A DNA stretch of 64,000 nucleotides, taken from Patescibacteria group bacterium. Its GTDB lineage: Bacteria; Patescibacteriota; Patescibacteriia; Patescibacteriales; UBA12075. This document shows, piece after piece, positions 36,139 to 45,762 of the stretch (its first letter is position 1; each line of letters opens with the position of its first letter). Location: assembly GCA_018897195.1 (NCBI GenBank), contig JAHILH010000005.1, positions 64,745 through 128,744 on the forward strand, given 5' to 3'. The notes beneath the pieces are model-generated. The model was given only the letters and a program-made list of their open reading frames with translations. It was not told where the DNA came from and ran no database searches. The position numbers and the translations under genes were made by a program.

Positions 36139-37920
36139 TTAATTTTTAAAAATGTGCAATTCACTCATAGCTCTCGTCATGGCTACATAATTCAAATCTC
36201 GTTGCACACGTTTTTTTTCATTAATCAATTCAGCGTCGCAATCAGCAAAATCAAGAGTGTGTTCGTAATTAAGGAAAATTACCACATCAAATTCGACACC
36301 TTGTGCTTCGTCAATAGATAAGATGTGAACTTTGTTGTTATCTTTATATTTTTCTTTATACGGTTTTAGATAATTTAAGTCGCGATGGATTAAGCCGATT
36401 ATCATGCCGTCGTTACTGCTGATTATATCATGAATGTATTTGGTTTCATCTAATTCAGAATTAATCACTTTCTCTATTACCGTCTTGCCCGATTTTATTT
36501 CCGCCGGAATAGTGACGTCATAGCCTTGGGTTCGAACATATTCCAAAATCTCTTTCGTATTGCGGTAGACCTTGAAGAGCTCCACTTTGCGGTTGCCGAC
36601 AAAGTCCTCACCCACCTCTTGCCAGTCTTTCAACGTGCAAAGTTTTGTTTGTTGCGCTAAATCGCCAACATAGAGAACGGCTTGATTTTTATTGGCACAA
36701 TTTTTAATCAAAGCGATTTGCTCGCTTAAATAATTTTCCGCTTCATCAATCACAATCAAGGAATATTCCACTGGCAATAAACCGCGTTTGATTTTTTCGC
36801 GACCATTTTTATCGACCGCTACATAGGTCTCCTGTCTTTTTAGGCCACCGTGTAATACGATAAACGATTTCAATAAAATCGTTAAATCAAAACGGTCCAG
36901 AACTTTTTGTGCCAGTTGTTTTTTAAACATATCCAATAAATCATCTTTGAAATATGACACATAAACTCTCGTCAAAGCCTCGGGAGAAGCGATTCCACCA
37001 GTCATCTCTTTCAAGGCTTTATTTTTTAAATATTCGTACTGATCTTTTTCTGATTCACTCTCACCAAAGCGATAAACATATTGGTAATTCATTAAGCCCA
37101 GAATCTCGCGGGCCCAATCGGAGAAAATTGTAATTGTCACATTGTTTATTCCTAATTGTGGCAGCAGATTGGAGAAATATTCTTTAGTCGAATTGTCATG
37201 CACAAAGACAATAATATTAGTGCCAGGAAAATGTTCGGCCGTATCTGGTGACTGCACTAGATAAGCAACGCGATGCAAGGCCAAGGTCGTCTTACCCGAG
37301 CCGGCCGGACCAGAGATGAGATACGAGCCATGATAATCTGCGCGAATCACCTCGTCCTGTTTTTTTTCCATTTGTTCAACAATCTCCGGCAAGACAAAAG
37401 AATTCTTACGCTGCATCAAATGCTCTTGATAAATCAATTGTCGCGAAGAGCCAATCGCCTCAGAGGCCATAAAGATAATCTTGCCATCGACAATCATAAA
37501 CTGATTCTTGCGCAACATCTTGCCATGCCGCATCGTGCCATCGGGCAACACATAGCTCACATCACCTGGTTGCTCATAACGAATTAGCGACGCTGGCGTT
37601 GTCCAAGAATAAATCTGTTCCTCGGAATAACTAAATTTCGAAAAAAAGATCTCCTCCCGCGCCTTCCCGGCAAACTCAATCTCACAACCAACAAAATACG
37701 GCGAGGACTGCAACTGCTCCAACTCACCCACCCGCTGTTCCGAATACTTCAAAACCTCCGCCTCCATAATCCGATCACCGCCAGAAGAATTTCGCAAACG
37801 AGTTTTAATTTTTTTCACAGATTCCTTAGTAGTAATAAAAGAAGCTTGAATCTTCTCCACTACTCCCGAAACATGCGCTTGAGCCTGCTCAAAGAGCATT
37901 TTTTTGTTTATTGTTGGCAT
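36139..37920 (-). CDS. HelD-like UvrD/Rep-superfamily helicase (RNA polymerase-associated helicase IV type)
   Basis: N-terminal coiled coil, then SPYFVGCEIEF...IYSWTTPAS...LRKNQFMIVDGKI, which parallels the HelD N-terminal region. Walker A GPAGSGKTT, Walker B VIDEAENY, and C-terminal DEAQGVEFDVVIF...YVAMTRA. Confidence 0.75.
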   Translation of the reverse strand: MPTINKKMLFEQAQAHVSGVVEKIQASFITTKESVKKIKTRLRNSSGGDRIMEAEVLKYSEQRVGELEQLQSSPYFVGCEIEFAGKAREEIFFSKFSYSEEQIYSWTTPASLIRYEQPGDVSYVLPDGTMRHGKMLRKNQFMIVDGKIIFMASEAIGSSRQLIYQEHLMQRKNSFVLPEIVEQMEKKQDEVIRADYHGSYLISGPAGSGKTTLALHRVAYLVQSPDTAEHFPGTNIIVFVHDNSTKEYFSNLLPQLGINNVTITIFSDWAREILGLMNYQYVYRFGESESEKDQYEYLKNKALKEMTGGIASPEALTRVYVSYFKDDLLDMFKKQLAQKVLDRFDLTILLKSFIVLHGGLKRQETYVAVDKNGREKIKRGLLPVEYSLIVIDEAENYLSEQIALIKNCANKNQAVLYVGDLAQQTKLCTLKDWQEVGEDFVGNRKVELFKVYRNTKEILEYVRTQGYDVTIPAEIKSGKTVIEKVINSELDETKYIHDIISSNDGMIIGLIHRDLNYLKPYKEKYKDNNKVHILSIDEAQGVEFDVVIFLNYEHTLDFADCDAELINEKKRVQRDLNYVAMTRAMSELHIFKN

Positions 37921-38184
37921 ATTTTTAGCATAAAAAAACTGCCCTATTTCTGGGGCAGATTTGTTGCGATTATATATAAAGTTATAATATTATCTTGTCT
38001 TATTTTATTCATAAAATTATTATAGAGTATATTTTTATAAGTGTCAATTATGTTCATGGTCTTGCGCACAAAGAGAGATTATTAAAAAAATAATTCTAGC
38101 GGACAATTATTTCACGCTTTATAAATAGTATCTTAAATAAAAAAGGCCTAGCATTGTGCTCAGGCCTTTGAAAACTTAATATAA

Positions 38185-39411
38185 TTAGATAAGCAGGAAT
38201 TCATGAGGTCTTCTCCCACTTTTTTCAAACTTGGGATGACCAATGAGGAACGGGATCCAGTAATCACAGCCGTATATCGAACCAGTCATCTTATAAGCTC
38301 GGGCACGACATCCTCCTGCACATACTTTTTTGAATAATTCACAATTGGAACATTCCGACAAAGTATTAAGATCGTGTAATGGATTTTCTGCAATGGCCCG
38401 TGCGTATATCGTAGCGATACTGTCTTTCTGCAGATTGCCGGTCGGCTTCTCCGCCAGAAAGACGCACCCGAAGACATTGGCATCGTGATCAATTATCAGA
38501 CCAGACTTGCAGGACGTACAGAAAGTTACTCCGTCTTCAATTTTGGCCATTTGTGATAAAAGCTCGTTTTGATGGATATCGCGAAGAAATTTTTCATCCG
38601 TTACCATTTTACCAGTAAGACAATGCGACGCTCTGCCGACCGGTCTAAGTGCCTGTATATTCAGACTACTTGCCCCAATGTCTTTTACAAACTCCGAGAA
38701 AGCATCTACATCTCCAACATTTTTATCATAGACGACCATGTTGACCTCAACCTCGAAGCCAGCATCGATGGCCATCTCAATATTTTTCTTGGTGCGAACG
38801 AAGGTGCCTTCTCCTCGCAAGTAATCATGCGAGGCCTCAAATCCATCGAGGCTGATGATAAAAGACATCCTGGCATTATTCATTGAACTCAGGAAGCGGT
38901 CCAGCAATAGACCATTTGTCACAATATTGGTACGCACATTCCTCATATTAAGAAAAGTCAGCAACCGTTCAACGGCGTAGTATGTCAGTATTTCACCACC
39001 TGACAACCTGAGACTATACATCCCCATCTTTTCCGCATCTATGATGGTTTTTTCCAGAAGATTGATATCAATGGAATGATCGCGCTTTGGATTATCTTCG
39101 TCAAAAACGCAGCAATGTCTACATAACAGGTTGCAAGAATCGGTCGGGCTAATTTCAAGGTTCTCAAAATCGCCTTCGCTAATAACGGGAGAACTGACGC
39201 CGTCTTCGGCGAAAATGGCGATACCCTCTTCCAGCGCTACCAATAAGGCAATTTCCTCTTCGGAACAAGTTACCCGAGAAGGCTTAAGACTCATTGAAAT
39301 TATAAGATTGAGAGCTTTCTGATCCGCAAGGGCTTCGTCCCCGTCGGCAAGATTAATGAGTTTTATTTTTCCGTCGCTATATTTTTTTATCAGTAATCCT
39401 GAAAAAATCAT
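38185..39411 (-). CDS. Radical SAM / SPASM-domain peptide maturase with an N-terminal RRE-like (PqqD-like) extension
   Basis: CNLLCRHC (C93-x3-C97-x2-C100) follows a ~90-aa N-terminal extension. C-terminal SPASM cysteines CTSCKSG...GCVF...CSNCELFKKVCAGGCRARAY. SD aaaaggag upstream. Confidence 0.85.
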   Translation of the reverse strand: MIFSGLLIKKYSDGKIKLINLADGDEALADQKALNLIISMSLKPSRVTCSEEEIALLVALEEGIAIFAEDGVSSPVISEGDFENLEISPTDSCNLLCRHCCVFDEDNPKRDHSIDINLLEKTIIDAEKMGMYSLRLSGGEILTYYAVERLLTFLNMRNVRTNIVTNGLLLDRFLSSMNNARMSFIISLDGFEASHDYLRGEGTFVRTKKNIEMAIDAGFEVEVNMVVYDKNVGDVDAFSEFVKDIGASSLNIQALRPVGRASHCLTGKMVTDEKFLRDIHQNELLSQMAKIEDGVTFCTSCKSGLIIDHDANVFGCVFLAEKPTGNLQKDSIATIYARAIAENPLHDLNTLSECSNCELFKKVCAGGCRARAYKMTGSIYGCDYWIPFLIGHPKFEKSGRRPHEFLLI

Positions 39412-39430
39412 TAGCTTCTCCTTTTAAAAA

Positions 39431-39455
39431 CGGCGGGAACTATCAGTTCCCGCCG
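39431..39455 (-). terminator. Hairpin plus U-run between precursor ORF and maturase (partial terminator / stoichiometry control)
   Basis: The minus strand reads ggcgggaac-tgata-gttcccgcc followed by gttttt (9-bp GC-rich stem). Confidence 0.6.
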
Positions 39456-39468
39456 CTCAGGTCATTGG

Positions 39469-39552
39469 TTAGCAGTTGGACCGCTGAGTTTTACCCAGGG
39501 AATTACCAGCCACAAAAGGTTTTTCCTTCTTGGACTTCAACACTGTAATCAT
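39469..39552 (-). CDS. Candidate RiPP precursor peptide, 27 aa: MITVLKSKKEKPFVAGNSLGKTQRSNC
   Basis: Not in the ORF track (too short). Strong SD taaggaggtg lies 8 nt before the ATG at 39552. TAA at 39471-39469. Sits directly upstream of the rSAM/SPASM gene on the same strand. Confidence 0.55.
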   Translation of the reverse strand: MITVLKSKKEKPFVAGNSLGKTQRSNC

Positions 39553-39608
39553 GCTTTTTTCACCTCCTTAATGAATATAAAATTTTATAAAGATCTACGA
39601 TTGTTTGA

Positions 39609-39637
39609 ACGTTAGCATCCAATTCGGAATTTGTCAA
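39609..39637 (-). promoter_or_regulatory. Candidate promoter of the RiPP cassette
   Basis: Minus strand: TTGACA (39637-39632), a 17-nt spacer, then TAACGT (39614-39609). Confidence 0.35.
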
Positions 39638-39666
39638 GGCTATACAAATACACAAAAACACCAAAA

Positions 39667-39688
39667 AACCGATGAAATTTCATCGGTT
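39667..39688. terminator. Bidirectional terminator after gyrA
   Basis: aaccgatgaaatttcatcggtt is a perfect palindrome flanked by an A-run and a T-run. Confidence 0.7.
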
Positions 39689-39711
39689 TTTTAAAATATC
39701 TAAATTCTATT

Positions 39712-42303
39712 TTACGCCCAAGTCACACAAGCGACTTTGTCGCCTTCCGACTTAAACCTCATCAATCTCACCCCTTGCGTATCACGTCCGGATTGGTTGA
39801 CTGATTTAAATGGCAATCTGATAACCTGACCTTTTTCAGAGATAATGACTACATCTTTATCTTTCATTAATTCTGTATTCACCACAAAGGCATTAACTAG
39901 TTCACCGGTCTTGGTGGTAACCTTAGAAGTCTTAATACCAGAACCACCTCTGCCTTGAACCTTGTAATCAGCTAACGGTGTGCGTTTGCCGTAACCGTTG
40001 GCCATGATGGATAATATTTGAATATCACTTTGCTTTTCTTTTTCTTTATTAATCACACCCATACCAACCACGATATCCTTGTCTTTCAGTCTAATACCAA
40101 AGACGCCAGCGGCACCACGGCCCATATCACGAACATCAGCTTCCTTGAAACGGATAGCTTGACCGCCAGCGGTGATTAGTTGGATATCATCCTTGCCACC
40201 AGTTGGCTTAGTCCAAATCAGTTTGTCATCTTCCTTGATCTTGATCGCAATCAAGCCGGAACGACGGACGTTATTGAATGAGTCTAGGGTTACCTTCTTC
40301 ACTAAACCTTTCTCTGTTGCGAAGAATAAGTATTTTGATTTCTTAATCTTATCTAATGGCAAGGTTGAAGTTACTTTTTCACCACCAGATAATTGCAAGA
40401 AGTTCACAATCGCTTGACCTTTGGCAATTCTCGATGCGACTGGGATTTCGTAAGCCTTCAATTGGAAGACACGACCTTTCGATGTGAACATTAAGAGGTC
40501 ATCGTGGGTCATGGTTGTGAACATAAATTCAACCATGTCTTCTTCTTTGGTCGTTAAACCAACGACACCCTTGCCACCTCGACCTTGAACCTTGAAAGTA
40601 TCTGGGTCCATCCGCTTGATGTAGCCATCACGAGTCATCATCACCATTGCTTCTTCGTTCGGCACCAAATCCTCCATAGAGAATTCACCAATCGCGTGAG
40701 AAACTACTTGAGTGCGACGATCATCGCCATATTTATCATTAATCTTGTTAATTTCTTCTTTGATAATATCACGAATCTTTAGTTTTGATTTCAAGATCGC
40801 TTCTAAGTCTTTGATGATTTTTAATTTCTCTTTTAATTCTTCATCAATCTTCAATCTTTCCAAGTTCGCCAAGTTCTGCAAACGCATTTCCAAAATAGCA
40901 ATTGTTTGTCTTTCAGATAATTTAAATTTTGCCATCAAACTTTGCTTAGCAACTTCCTTATCTTTGGAACCACGGATGATTTTGATGACCGCATCGATAT
41001 TATCTAAAGCAATTTTCAAACCTTCCAAAATGTGCGCTCTCTCTTTGGCTTTGTCTAAATCATACTGTGTCCGTCTACGAATCACCTCTTCACGATGTTT
41101 AATGTATTCTTCGAGCACCATTTTCAAAGTCAAAACTTTTGGCTGAATACCATCGACTAATGCCAACATGTTAACATGGAAAGTTTCTTGCAATTGCGTC
41201 ATCTTATAAAGCGCATTCAAAACTTTCTTTGGGTAAGAATCTTTTTTCAATTCTACCACTACACGCACACCTTCTTTGTCAGACTCATCACGTAAATCAC
41301 GAATACCTTCAATCTTTTTCTCCGTTACCAAGCTGGCGATCTTTTCAACTAAGGTCGCTTTATTTACTTGATATGGGATCTCCGTAATTACAATACTAAA
41401 TTTGCCAGACTTGTCCTCAACGATATCTGCCTTACCACGACAAACAATACCGCCACGACCAGTCGCATAGGCTTGCTTGATTGCATTCTTGTCATAAATA
41501 ATACCACCGGTTGGGAAATCAGGACCTTTCACAAAAACCATTAGGTCTTCAACAGTCGCCTCAGGATTGTCAATTAAATGATTAACGGCATTAATCAATT
41601 CACTCAAATTATGTGGTGGAATGTTTGTCGCCATACCAACGGCAATGCCCATCGTACCGTTCAAAAGCAAGTTTGGTAATTTCGCCGGCATCACGCGTGG
41701 CTCTTTGTGGGAACCGTCAAAGTTCGGCATAAAGTTCACCGTATTTTTTTCAATATCCAAAAGTAATTCTTCAGAAATGTGTGACATCTTGGCTTCGGTA
41801 TATCTCATCGCCGCCGCAGAGTCGCCGTCCATCGAACCAAAGTTACCTTGACCTTTTACCAATGGGTAACGAAGAGAAAATGTTTGCGCCAAACGAACCA
41901 TCGCATCATAAACAGAAGTATCGCCATGCGGATGATACTTACCCAAAACTTCACCGACTACGGTCGCTGATTTACGATACTTACCGCCAGCCCGAAGACC
42001 AACGCTCCACATCGCGTATAAGATACGACGATGCACCGGTTTCAAACCGTCACGCACATCCGGCAAAGCCCGTTGTACAATAACACTCATCGCGTAGTCA
42101 AGATAGGATTTTTCCATTTCATGACTGATTGACAAGGGTTGCACGATGCCGTAAGCGGTCATTTCTTTTTCCGCCGAAATATGATGAGACGGCTCAGCCA
42201 CCACACCATCAACCACCTCACCATCAATTAATTCACCCTCCTCTTTGTTGTCTCCATTCTCCTTTTTCCTTGGAGCATCTCTTTTTATAATCCTTTTTGC
42301 CAT
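39712..42303 (-). CDS. gyrA: DNA gyrase subunit A
   Basis: [20 protein letters not shown], active-site Tyr context [10 protein letters not shown], and C-terminal beta-pinwheel repeats. Confidence 0.95.
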   Translation of the reverse strand: MAKRIIKRDAPRKKENGDNKEEGELIDGEVVDGVVAEPSHHISAEKEMTAYGIVQPLSISHEMEKSYLDYAMSVIVQRALPDVRDGLKPVHRRILYAMWSVGLRAGGKYRKSATVVGEVLGKYHPHGDTSVYDAMVRLAQTFSLRYPLVKGQGNFGSMDGDSAAAMRYTEAKMSHISEELLLDIEKNTVNFMPNFDGSHKEPRVMPAKLPNLLLNGTMGIAVGMATNIPPHNLSELINAVNHLIDNPEATVEDLMVFVKGPDFPTGGIIYDKNAIKQAYATGRGGIVCRGKADIVEDKSGKFSIVITEIPYQVNKATLVEKIASLVTEKKIEGIRDLRDESDKEGVRVVVELKKDSYPKKVLNALYKMTQLQETFHVNMLALVDGIQPKVLTLKMVLEEYIKHREEVIRRRTQYDLDKAKERAHILEGLKIALDNIDAVIKIIRGSKDKEVAKQSLMAKFKLSERQTIAILEMRLQNLANLERLKIDEELKEKLKIIKDLEAILKSKLKIRDIIKEEINKINDKYGDDRRTQVVSHAIGEFSMEDLVPNEEAMVMMTRDGYIKRMDPDTFKVQGRGGKGVVGLTTKEEDMVEFMFTTMTHDDLLMFTSKGRVFQLKAYEIPVASRIAKGQAIVNFLQLSGGEKVTSTLPLDKIKKSKYLFFATEKGLVKKVTLDSFNNVRRSGLIAIKIKEDDKLIWTKPTGGKDDIQLITAGGQAIRFKEADVRDMGRGAAGVFGIRLKDKDIVVGMGVINKEKEKQSDIQILSIMANGYGKRTPLADYKVQGRGGSGIKTSKVTTKTGELVNAFVVNTELMKDKDVVIISEKGQVIRLPFKSVNQSGRDTQGVRLMRFKSEGDKVACVTWA

Positions 42304-42368
42304 ATACGTATTTTAATTTATATATAAATTTTTAATAATTTCTTTAATAATTTTAATACTCGCTTTTT

Positions 42369-42405
42369 CCCCTCACCCCGACCCTCTCCCGCCGGGGCGA
42401 GGGAG
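42369..42405 (+). repeat. GC-rich 37-nt intergenic repeat, copy B
   Basis: cccctcaccccgaccctctcccgccggggcgagggag is 36/37 identical to 12450-12486. Confidence 0.7.
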
Positions 42406-42412
42406 TTTAAAA

Positions 42413-43210
42413 CTATTTTTCTAATTTATTTTTTAATTCATTAATAATATCCCTTTCCTCGAAGACGCCTTTAACTGTGCCATCCTCTGTGGTGCTAGAC
42501 ATTAATTTCTCTTGCAATTCTTTCACTATTAATTCAGGCTTAGGGACGGTGGAGGTTGATACCATTTCAGCCTCAGTCACACCCACAACAAAATAAGTTG
42601 ATGATGCCGTTGTGCTCGCTAGATCAGTTAAATTTGTTGATGTAGTAGTGCTAGTAGCCAGACTCTGATCGATTGTTGTTGTAGCCAATGTTGAACTCGC
42701 CTTAGCTAATTCTTGCCTAAGCTCATCTATTCTACCAGACACATCTTTGACTGATTCTGTTAGCTTATCAAAGGAGAAATCAGCATTAGCGCTTGGCTCC
42801 AAACGACTTTCTTCAAAAATCTTTTTCGTATCATAAATCCAAAAACCGGCAATCAAAAACATAAACACTCCAACACCGGCCCACATTATCAAAATCTTCT
42901 TCCGTTCCTCCCTTTCATAAATAGCCAGTGAATTAAGTCTGCGACTAGACTGATTTTCAGCAGCTCTTTTAGCTTTATCTGCCTTTTCTTTCGCATGAGA
43001 AGATTTAATTTCTTCTAGAATGGCTGCCTTATCATCTTCTTGGCTTCGCACAAATGACTCTCTTCTCGTTGCGGTTTTAGTTACTTTTACTTTAATATCA
43101 GCCTTTTTATTTTGCAAAACTTCCTCTTTTTTAGGTCGACCAGCTTTTCGGACCGGTTTTTTAGCTGTCATTTCTTCTTGATTTTGAATTTTAGAACTCC
43201 TCCTGGTCAT
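42413..43210 (-). CDS. Hypothetical membrane-anchored protein (Lys-rich N-terminus, one TM, Ser/Thr-rich tail)
   Basis: ORF track. TM segment ILIMWAGVGVFMFLIAGFWIY. Confidence 0.4.
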   Translation of the reverse strand: MTRRSSKIQNQEEMTAKKPVRKAGRPKKEEVLQNKKADIKVKVTKTATRRESFVRSQEDDKAAILEEIKSSHAKEKADKAKRAAENQSSRRLNSLAIYEREERKKILIMWAGVGVFMFLIAGFWIYDTKKIFEESRLEPSANADFSFDKLTESVKDVSGRIDELRQELAKASSTLATTTIDQSLATSTTTSTNLTDLASTTASSTYFVVGVTEAEMVSTSTVPKPELIVKELQEKLMSSTTEDGTVKGVFEERDIINELKNKLEK

Positions 43211-43418
43211 AAAATTTTCTATTTAATATTATAAAAGCTAAAAATCTTTATATATAGTCGGGAATTCATCTTCCTTGACCGAAAAAACGACCCAAATTGA
43301 GTGTTTATTTATACTAATATTGTAACAAAAACAATCAAGAATGTAAAGCCAAATTCGCGAATGGAGCAATTGTCTGAATTTCACTAATTTCTGTAAAATT
43401 AGCTAAAAAATAAGAGCG

Positions 43419-44573
43419 CTAGTAAATGAATGTCTCTCTCATTTCACCAGAATAAAAGAATTCATAGGCTAGAGAGCCAAAACTATACTTAAGACCGTTA
43501 ATTTCCAACTCAGAGCCGCCCGCTTCAGCATTATTTTTGGGCTTGGAGTTCTTGAAGCCGATGTTAAAAAGAGTGGCCATTAGCTCAGGACGGTCACCGA
43601 TGGCAAAACCAGCCCCCTCCCACTGCTTTTCAAATTGCCTCACATACAATGAACCATATAGATAAGAATAGTAAGCATTTTTTTCATCAGACAAACGAGC
43701 ATAACGCTCAGCGGCGATATCAGAAGATTGGAAATTTAATAAATTTTCATAAGCTGCGCCTAGATAATAATCAGAACTAGGGTCCTTTAGATGATCCTCG
43801 ATATCAATCGCCGTCTTCTCTTTGATTGCCATCACACCCCAAGCCATCTTGTTGGCATTGGCTAGAATCGACAAAGGCTTGAAAAGTTTTTCATATAATT
43901 CACGTTGGGTAAAATACAGACGGAATTGTTCGACAATGCAAATGGAAACAAGCAAACGTGGATTGATGCCGGCAATCTCAGCCGCCTTTTTAATATTAGC
44001 TTCATCTTTAATAATTGCTTTCTTAATCACCTGCCACTCTTCAGAGTCAGCCCAATTGTACAGATTTGTACTAGAGGCGCTCACCATCGTAACCAAAATA
44101 TTTTCATCAATCTTTTTATCAGGCGCATATTCACACGCCACATATTCCTTATAAAGTTCAGCATTATTCTTAATACGAATCTCAGCCGCAACCAACATCT
44201 TACTCAATAAAACTTCAGAATTTTTTAATTCATAAACATCAGCAATCGCAGCCGCATTATCGGGATAAGAATTTTTTAATACCGCAATCTTGCAAAGATT
44301 AACTTGTTTAAATTTCTTAATACTCTCCAAGGAGGTAATCCGCTTCTCGATTTCCGATAAGGTCAAATCAGAACTTGTTGCTCGCTCCATTATCGGCTCA
44401 TAAAAACGTGCCGCTTTTTCGTAATAACTATTATTCAAGTCGACCCTGCCCGGAACATTGGTAATTTTAAATTTTACAGCCAAGTAGCCGCCAATCAATA
44501 CAAACCCTGCCGCAGCCAGGCCGTAAAGAAGGATATAATAAATAATTTTAAGAAGTTTTTTTAAGGTTTCCAT
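43419..44573 (-). CDS. Hypothetical membrane-anchored protein (384 aa)
   Basis: ORF track. N-terminal TM YYILLYGLAAAGFVLIGGYLAV. No confident domain. Confidence 0.4.
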   Translation of the reverse strand: METLKKLLKIIYYILLYGLAAAGFVLIGGYLAVKFKITNVPGRVDLNNSYYEKAARFYEPIMERATSSDLTLSEIEKRITSLESIKKFKQVNLCKIAVLKNSYPDNAAAIADVYELKNSEVLLSKMLVAAEIRIKNNAELYKEYVACEYAPDKKIDENILVTMVSASSTNLYNWADSEEWQVIKKAIIKDEANIKKAAEIAGINPRLLVSICIVEQFRLYFTQRELYEKLFKPLSILANANKMAWGVMAIKEKTAIDIEDHLKDPSSDYYLGAAYENLLNFQSSDIAAERYARLSDEKNAYYSYLYGSLYVRQFEKQWEGAGFAIGDRPELMATLFNIGFKNSKPKNNAEAGGSELEINGLKYSFGSLAYEFFYSGEMRETFIY

Positions 44574-44663
44574 ATCAACATTATATAGATTGTTTTGGAT
44601 TTAGGCAAACAAAAAACGAGAGAAATATCTTCTCTCGCTTTTTAGAATTTTTATCAAACCGTA

Positions 44664-45659
44664 TTAGTTTCCACAAGAAGCCGCTGCGGCAGCGTCTCCG
44701 CCTGATTCGTTAAAACCGAATCCAGCTGATGGAGATGCAGCTGACATTTCTTCTTTACAAGCATCGGGAGCATTTTCAAAACCAGAACAGATAGTATCCA
44801 TCAAAGTCTTAGAATCACGGCCGGAAGAAATCTTCTCGCCATTGATTACCAAAGTTGGGGATCCGCCAACGCCGTATTTTGCGTTATCTTCCTTGTAGAC
44901 ATCAAAAGTAGCAAAACTACCTTTATACGTAGACTTGTCCTTGAAATTTGCACTTACTTTATATTTGGTGTCAGTAGCTGCAACGCAAGATTTAATCTTG
45001 CCAGCATCAATACCGGTTGATTTGATACAAGCATCACTTTCAGCTGCTTCACCAGCCTTACCACCCAAGAAACATTTCAAATAAGGTAACAATTTTTTAG
45101 AGTCTTCTTTTTGCACGCAATATTGTGTCATTTGTTCGTTTAATTCCTTTTCACCATGCATTGCGTAATCACAGAATTTCAAAGTGAAATCAACTTTATC
45201 GCCCAAGGCATCAAGAACTGGCAACATGCCCTTTTCGATTTGAGTGCCAAATGGACAATGACTCATTACAAAAAGCTCAACACTTGCTTTTGCTTTTTTT
45301 GTTGTCACAGAAGTTTTTTCTGGTGCTGCCGCTGCATCACCGCCATTTTTAGCCTCAGCTTCTTTTTTGGTTTCTTCAATATCCATTACTTGTGGGAAAA
45401 ACTTCTTACCATCTTTTGATAAATAAGAATTAATCTCCTGACCATTTGGCATGCTTACTACCACCTTATACAGACCACCTTCTTCAGTTACTTCTTTGAT
45501 GTTAACAGTGTTACCTGGTTGCATCAAATTATTGTTGATAAAATCAGCAGTTAATTTCTTAGCGTCATCAACGCTAACAGTTGCTGCACTTTTGTTTTCA
45601 ATTTTGCAACCAGTAGTTACAAACACAGCCAAAAGGCTCAAAATAATGATTTTCTTCAT
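44664..45659 (-). CDS. Secreted/lipoprotein-like protein with a thioredoxin-fold-like region (hypothetical)
   Basis: Signal peptide ending VTTGC (lipobox-like). VELFVMSHCPFGTQ motif and multiple Cys. The function call is weak. Confidence 0.35.
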   Translation of the reverse strand: MKKIIILSLLAVFVTTGCKIENKSAATVSVDDAKKLTADFINNNLMQPGNTVNIKEVTEEGGLYKVVVSMPNGQEINSYLSKDGKKFFPQVMDIEETKKEAEAKNGGDAAAAPEKTSVTTKKAKASVELFVMSHCPFGTQIEKGMLPVLDALGDKVDFTLKFCDYAMHGEKELNEQMTQYCVQKEDSKKLLPYLKCFLGGKAGEAAESDACIKSTGIDAGKIKSCVAATDTKYKVSANFKDKSTYKGSFATFDVYKEDNAKYGVGGSPTLVINGEKISSGRDSKTLMDTICSGFENAPDACKEEMSAASPSAGFGFNESGGDAAAAASCGN

Positions 45660-45762
45660 AATAAAACATTACTCGAATATGCAAATATATTGCAATTCTT
45701 TATATTAATTAAATTAAATATCTTTTAGTATTTTACCAAAATGTGATTTAAATGTCAAAAGG

